A stretch of 64,000 nucleotides of DNA, taken from Blepharisma stoltei ATCC 30299 (lineage: Eukaryota; Protista; Ciliophora). Below the pieces are notes generated by a model. That model was not told the origin of the DNA. It did not search any database and was given only the letters and a program-made list of their open reading frames with translations. The stretch's first letter is position 1; every line of letters starts with the position of its first letter. The translations under genes were made by a program, and so were the position numbers. The stretch is from the NCBI GenBank assembly GCA_965603825.1, contig CBFDEM010000027.1, positions 62,001 through 126,000 on the forward strand. Reading direction: 5' to 3'. Below, piece by piece: positions 59,219-64,000 of this stretch.

Positions 59219-60199
59219 TTAATGAAGATTTTCTTTTGTTCGTCCGTAAATTAGTCTTTCTAGTCTTGCTAACTGCTCTTTAAGCTCTTTATTTTCTACT
59301 TCTATGTTTTGGACTCGATATTTTATGAGCCCGACTTCTTTAGCTTTATCTCTGGCTTCTTTTCTGAGTTTTTCTTTTTTTCCTCTAAGTAGTTTCAGCT
59401 CCCCTTCTTGATCAGTCGTGATATTTTGCTCCCTTTTAAGCCTATCATTTAGCTTTCCTAAATTTTCTTCAGATTGTATTGATTTTAGCGACAATTGTTT
59501 TTGAATCTCTTCAACCTCAATTCTTAAAGAATTAAGGACCCCATTATCTTTTTCAATCCTATACTGCAGCTCATGAAGTTCTGCACCTTTATTATGCTGG
59601 ATATTTCTTGATTCTCTATTCTGTTCATCTTTTCTATTTTCTATTTCATTTCTTATCATATCAATTTGCCCCCTGGCTGGCTCAATGCATTCTTTTTGGA
59701 GATATTCCATTTCTCCAATCAGATTTCTTATTTCCGCGTTTAATTGCGCTACCGTTTCTCCATGGTCGAGCTTAACTTTGAGGATTTCTTGTTTTATTTT
59801 TGAGCATTCGTCAGCTTCTTCACCAAGAGTCCGCTGGATATTGGAGATCGTCCTGTATTCAGCTTGAATTTGTGAGTCTTTTTCTTGGTAAATTTGATTG
59901 AGTCTTTCATCTTCTTTTTCATTTAGGGCAAGCAGCTCACGGCTATTTTGAATGCTGAGGTTTTCCAGCTGTTTTCGAAGCCCATTTACTTCTTCTCTAA
60001 GCATTTCAACTTGCCGGGGGTCGTCTCTTTGTGATAGTGATAGTGAAAATTGATTTGATGATCCGATTGAGTCATGATAGTTATACTCTTGTGCAAGTTT
60101 CGAAGGATGATAAGTATCTGCAACTGGAATAGGGTCTTGTGAAAGATATTGAGATGGTCTTATTGACCCTGTATATTGGGAGTCTGTAAACCGATACAT
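59219..60199 (-). CDS. Uncharacterised coiled-coil protein
   Basis: 326-aa ORF with heptad, Glu/Lys/Leu-rich composition. Confidence 0.78.
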   Translation of the reverse strand: MYRFTDSQYTGSIRPSQYLSQDPIPVADTYHPSKLAQEYNYHDSIGSSNQFSLSLSQRDDPRQVEMLREEVNGLRKQLENLSIQNSRELLALNEKEDERLNQIYQEKDSQIQAEYRTISNIQRTLGEEADECSKIKQEILKVKLDHGETVAQLNAEIRNLIGEMEYLQKECIEPARGQIDMIRNEIENRKDEQNRESRNIQHNKGAELHELQYRIEKDNGVLNSLRIEVEEIQKQLSLKSIQSEENLGKLNDRLKREQNITTDQEGELKLLRGKKEKLRKEARDKAKEVGLIKYRVQNIEVENKELKEQLARLERLIYGRTKENLH

Positions 60200-60689
60200 T
60201 GTATTAATCCTATTATTTAAATATCAAAAGCTTAATATTTTCAAAGTATTAATTTGCTTTTCGCTTAACTAGAATTCTTATATTTCAAGGCATTCTTACC
60301 TTTTCTTGGGAAATAGAATATATGAAATAATGGAAATCGGTTAAGTATAGTTTGTTAAAGTCGAATTTAGTTTTTATTATTTCTAAATTCCTTGCTTATT
60401 GACTTAATCTGTATTGAAAATGGACACTTTGAGGATTTATAAGTGAAGGTTTGCTTAATCATACAAATTTTATAGCGACTTCTTTGCAATATTTGAGAAT
60501 TATTTGAGAGTTGTAAATCAATGCATATATTAAACTTTTCTATTTAAATATCTAAGCCTTAATTCACAGATGCTTTTAAAAACTACCCTGAATTTAAAGA
60601 ATCTGCAAGCCAATATACTATATTAAACCATATTATTTAAATATCTGAACCTTTACTCTTATTCGCAGTTTTTAATCATTCGTTTAACT

Positions 60690-61090
60690 TCGCTTTGTAA
60701 AAAGGCAAACTGCTATGAGGTCTTGTGGTGGGCAGTGAGCTGAGCCTGGCCTCAAGTTGCTGGAACCCATACTATAGGAAGTCTTGTCTGGAGCTTTTTG
60801 CTTGTTCAACTGACCATAAGCCAAAAGCGCAGTGCCAGATTGTAATTTCTGGTGAAAGAATGTTTTCTTGGAGGCGGGGTAGTTCCAAAAGGAGGCATCG
60901 GCCAATCCACTCATGCCATGAACACTTAGAGAGCCCTTTGTTGTAGAGTAGACCTAAGCATAATAGGTAAGTCTATTCACAGATTACTGATGTCCTCATT
61001 TTGTGGGTAGTGCTGGCAAAAAAAGTGCACTAAGGCTATCTAAGCCTGAAGTTGACCTAGGACAGAGAGCTGAAATAATCCCCAAGAATT
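60690..61090. ncRNA. Putative unidentified structured non-coding RNA (~400 nt)
   Basis: GC-rich island in AT-rich intergenic DNA, with no credible ORF and many nested complementary segments. Confidence 0.55.
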
Positions 61091-61106
61091 TCTAATTTAA
61101 TCTAAT

Positions 61107-61655
61107 TTAGCTTAACTTTTGATCCCTATATTCTTCAAAGCTTTCATTGCTTACACTTTTCTTATAGCGTTTATCAAGCTCATACGCTTCGCGCAGCCTT
61201 ATTTCAGTTTCTTTTATCCTTTTTTGATACTCTTTAAACGTCTCATCATTTTTCTCCTTTCCTCTATCAAGTTCCTGATCTACTTCATAAATTTGATGCA
61301 CTGGAGGGGTCAATAAATCAGGCCTATTTATTAAATCGTATTTTAAAGCAATTTGTTTTAAACAATCCAGACTTGGCAGAATAACTGGGATACTTATCGA
61401 ACGGTAACATAATAAAAAAGTGCAGATTCTTGTAGGGATAGGATATAAAAAATCAGGAATAGGGATATAATAAGCAGCAGCTAGTGAGATAGGGGCAGCT
61501 ACAAATCTAATACAAACGCTAGCTAATTGATAAGCATTTACATGGTCTTGATCTTCTGGGCTTAAAACATCTTTTTTAACTCTTTGAAGAGCTCGGATGT
61601 AGATGAATTTATCTTTCCTTTTGGTCCCAAAAAAGATAGCTTTTAGAGCTCTCAT
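61107..61655 (-). CDS. Small protein with two hydrophobic segments (family B, intact copy)
   Basis: 182-aa ORF with paralogues starting at 62907 and 63362. Confidence 0.78.
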   Translation of the reverse strand: MRALKAIFFGTKRKDKFIYIRALQRVKKDVLSPEDQDHVNAYQLASVCIRFVAAPISLAAAYYIPIPDFLYPIPTRICTFLLCYRSISIPVILPSLDCLKQIALKYDLINRPDLLTPPVHQIYEVDQELDRGKEKNDETFKEYQKRIKETEIRLREAYELDKRYKKSVSNESFEEYRDQKLS

Positions 61656-61687
61656 TTATGAAATTTTTGATATTAAATTCTAAATAA

Positions 61688-62130
61688 TTAATCTTTATTA
61701 GGCCTTCTGCCTCTTCTCCTTTATACTCATAAGGTGCATGTTTTTCACCTTGGCATTTGAGATTTAAAGGCTTTGCCAATATTGAAGCTACTTCATTTGA
61801 GTTACCCCAAGCCCTAAGTTTGACTACTCTTTCATTTACAACTTTGTTTCTTCTGCTTTCTTTACCCCCATTTTCTTTAGCAGGTTTTGCAATTTCTACG
61901 CTTTCACCCTAACATAATTTATATTTCCCTCTTTTTTTCTTCTTTCTTTTTATCTTCTTGCTTTAACGGCATAGTTTTTCCTCCAAACTCTCATCTTTTT
62001 TGTTCTTTGTCAAAAATCTTTTCCTTCTTCCCTTCTAAACCCTTTATTTTCTATCTTTACCTCTATTCCTTTTACCTTCTGAAGGTCCTTTTGTTTCTAT
62101 AAAATTCCTATTTTCTTTATTTTAGTTAGT
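61688..62130 (-). pseudogene. Degraded copy of the 3' half of the RRM protein gene (63395-64000)
   Basis: ETKGPSEG, RAWG...ASILAKP and HAPYE...RRPNKD are recognisable, with frameshifts and stops. Confidence 0.88.
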
Positions 62131-62353
62131 CTTTTGTTATGAAATCATCTATTTTTCCCTTTCAAACACTGGGAGTGCAAGACTAAATCTTTCCAATTTT
62201 TTCAAAAAAGGTAACTCAAGAGTCATTATGAAATAACTATTTTTAAATTTTAAATAGCTTGTCTTTATTAGTTTTTTAATGATTATTCTTCTGCGTGCTT
62301 TGAGTCTTCAAATCAATACAATATATTAAATCCTGTTATTTATATCATTAACC

Positions 62354-62907
62354 TTAATTCTTATTCTCTATTTTTATTCGCTCTTCACTTAATTTCCGAT
62401 CCCTATATTCCTCGAAGCTTTCCTTATTTCAATGTTTATCAAGTGAATACGCTTCACGTAGTCTCGTTTCAGTTTCTATATACTCTTCAAACGCCACATT
62501 ATTTCAGTACTTTCCACTATCAAGTATATAATCTAATTTGTTAATATTATGAGGGGGTTCAATAGTTCAGGCTTGCTCATTAAATCGTATTTTTTAGAAA
62601 TATTAAGCGAAAAATCAATATGTTTTAGAAAAATTGGGATAGTTATAGAGCGATAGCATAATATACATGCACAGAATCTTCAAAAGATAGGATAAAAAAA
62701 ATCAGGAACAGGAATATAATAAGCAACAGCAACTGAGCTAAAAGCACCAATATATTGAGCTTTTTTACAGAATGATCTAAGAGCAAGACCTTCTGCTTTT
62801 TCATTTTGGCTTATGGCACTTATTTTGACTCTTTTAAGAGCTTGAATGTGAATAAAGTATTCTTTTTGTTTTTTAATCCCAAAGAAAATAGCTTTAATTG
62901 CTCTCAT
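62354..62907 (-). pseudogene. Family B copy 2 with one frameshift near 62550 (pseudogene or homopolymer error)
   Basis: MRAIKAIFFG...LCYRSITIP...KYDL, then a shifted frame encoding ETRLREAY...ESFEEYRDRKLS. Confidence 0.7.
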
Positions 62908-62939
62908 TTATTGAATTACTAATATTAAATTTTAAATAA

Positions 62940-63030
62940 TTAATCTATATTAGGCTGTCTGACTCTGATTTCCCTCTACTTCCTTTATGGCTGCCTTGAA
63001 ACTCCATATAAGGTATTTTCATGTAGCTTT
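62940..63030 (-). pseudogene. Short relic of the RRM gene 3' end
   Basis: gtagagggaaatcagagtcagacagcctaatatagattaa matches gtagaggaaaattcagaggcagaaggcctaataaagattaa. Confidence 0.7.
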
Positions 63031-63362
63031 TGCTTGATTAAATCAGCGAAATTTTCAAAAACTTGATTTTGTATGAAAAATCGCAAATGTAAAAAAATTA
63101 GGCATGAAAGAACTATAGGGCGATAGCACAACAAAAATAATCAGGATCTTAAGAGGATAGGAGAGAAATAATCAGAAATAGAAATATAATAAGCAGTAGC
63201 TATTGAAATAGAAGCCAATAACTTAGCCATAATATAGTATAATTTATGAGTTTTACTTCTTTTTGATTTAGTAGACCTTTTTTGGATATATATTAAGAGC
63301 TTGGATGTAGATAACTGGACCTTTACCTTTGGTCTAAAATAGATAACTTTGAGAGCTCTCAT
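62985..63362 (-). pseudogene. Family B copy 1, truncated/degenerate
   Basis: MRALKVIYF...ATAYYISISDYF...LLCYRPI; the C-terminal half is missing. Confidence 0.7.
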
Positions 63363-63394
63363 TTATGAAATTGCTGATATTAAATTCTAAATAA

Positions 63395-64000
63395 TTAATC
63401 TTTATTAGGCCTTCTGCCTCTGAATTTTCCTCTACCTCTTGGTTTTTCGTCTCCTCTATGCTCATAGGGTGCATGCTTTTTCACCTCAGGAGGTTGAGCT
63501 TGTGAAGGCTTCGCCAATATTGAAGCGGCTTCAGTTGGGTCACCCCAAGCCCTAGGCTTTACGACTCTTTCTTTTACAACTTTTGGTTCTTCTGCTTTCT
63601 TTATTTCAACTTCCTTAGCAGGCTCTGTAATTTCAGCGCTTTCTCCCCACACATCATCTATATTTTCCTCTTTTTTTTCTTCTTTCTTTTCCTCTTCTTG
63701 CTGTCTAAACTGTCCTTTTCCTCTAGGTGCATAAGGCTTTTTCCCTCTATACCCTCCTCTTCTTTGCTCTTTATCTACATCTTTTCCTTCTTCTCTTCTG
63801 AACCCTTCTCTTGGTTTTCTATCTTTTCCTCTATTCCCTCTGCCTTCTGACGGTCCTTTTGTTTCTACTAAAATTCCTATTTTTCTTCCTTTTAGCTCAG
63901 TCTCGTTTTTCTCTACAATTTTTTTTGCAATTTCAGCATCCCATGCGTTAACATATGCAACTCCTTTGAATTTTTCTTCAAAATGAATCATTTTAATGCT
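63395..64000 (-). CDS. RRM-containing, RG-rich RNA-binding protein (possibly eIF4B/H-like), 5'-partial
   Basis: RNP1-like KGVAYV...ELKGRKIGI, RGG/RG-rich and charged tail. Frame is open to the window edge. Confidence 0.7.
   Translation of the reverse strand, partial: SIKMIHFEEKFKGVAYVNAWDAEIAKKIVEKNETELKGRKIGILVETKGPSEGRGNRGKDRKPREGFRREEGKDVDKEQRRGGYRGKKPYAPRGKGQFRQQEEEKKEEKKEENIDDVWGESAEITEPAKEVEIKKAEEPKVVKERVVKPRAWGDPTEAASILAKPSQAQPPEVKKHAPYEHRGDEKPRGRGKFRGRRPNKD

Noticed and set aside
1046-59867. Numerous antisense or alternate-frame ORFs in the supplied track
   Set aside because: They are shadows of real genes on the other strand or frame, often Phe/Ser/Leu-rich mirrors of Lys/Glu-rich proteins.
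60684-60946. Short ORFs on both strands of the GC-rich island
   Set aside because: They are under 80 aa, have atypical composition and no motifs, and cannot be extended with UGA=Trp.
60690-61090. Identification as telomerase RNA, U1, U5, SRP, RNase P/MRP or U17
   Set aside because: No CCCUAACA template. The U5-like GCCTTTTTAC has an extra U and a poor stem. No SRP helix-8 motif. P4 strands are not in the right order. The U17 m1/m2 motifs are absent.
61907-61914. Single CCCTAACA heterotrich telomere unit
   Set aside because: One copy only, and it aligns to a mutated codon stretch of the RRM pseudogene.
1-64000. Many genes look like pseudogenes broken by stops
   Set aside because: The breaks are TGA at Trp positions or stops inside 15-nt introns, and frames are otherwise continuous.
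1-64000. CRISPR arrays, transposases, IES/MITE terminal repeats, telomere tracts
   Set aside because: No repeat-spacer array, DDE or reverse-transcriptase ORF, convincing TA-bounded insertion in a gene, or telomeric run was seen.

Overview
Gene-dense, AT-rich eukaryotic DNA that reads as the macronuclear genome of a heterotrich ciliate, most likely Blepharisma (inferred, not looked up). Two features support this. UGA encodes tryptophan while TAA/TAG remain stops, so most fragmented ORFs in the supplied track join into single genes. Introns are exactly 15 nt (GTA-N6-A-N3-AG; 12 found). About 37 protein genes can be rebuilt: a tandem pair of cNMP-binding proteins, an ankyrin-DHHC palmitoyltransferase, an androglobin-like protein, a retinoblastoma homologue, SDHAF3, an EF-hand axonemal-type protein, glutaredoxin, a WD40-TRP-like channel, a Piwi with an intact DEDH tetrad, MFS and amino-acid transporters, a Kelch-EGF surface protein, CCDC112, IFT43, FAM161, enkurin, a CaMKK-like kinase, centrin, MLF and topoisomerase III alpha. 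The window also holds a tRNA-Cys(GCA), an RPS15A pseudogene and a decaying triplicated two-gene cassette at the right end. The best leads are (1) an unidentified ~400-nt GC-rich, highly base-paired non-coding island at ~60690-61090, (2) a catalytically degenerate phage/giant-virus-type HNH protein with a mitochondrial-like leader at 51635-52387, (3) a RING plus degenerate PARP-like protein, (4) an androglobin-like protein that appears to lack the globin, and (5) an ATAA stop/start overlap at 17159-17162. All family calls come from recalled motifs; no database search was run.
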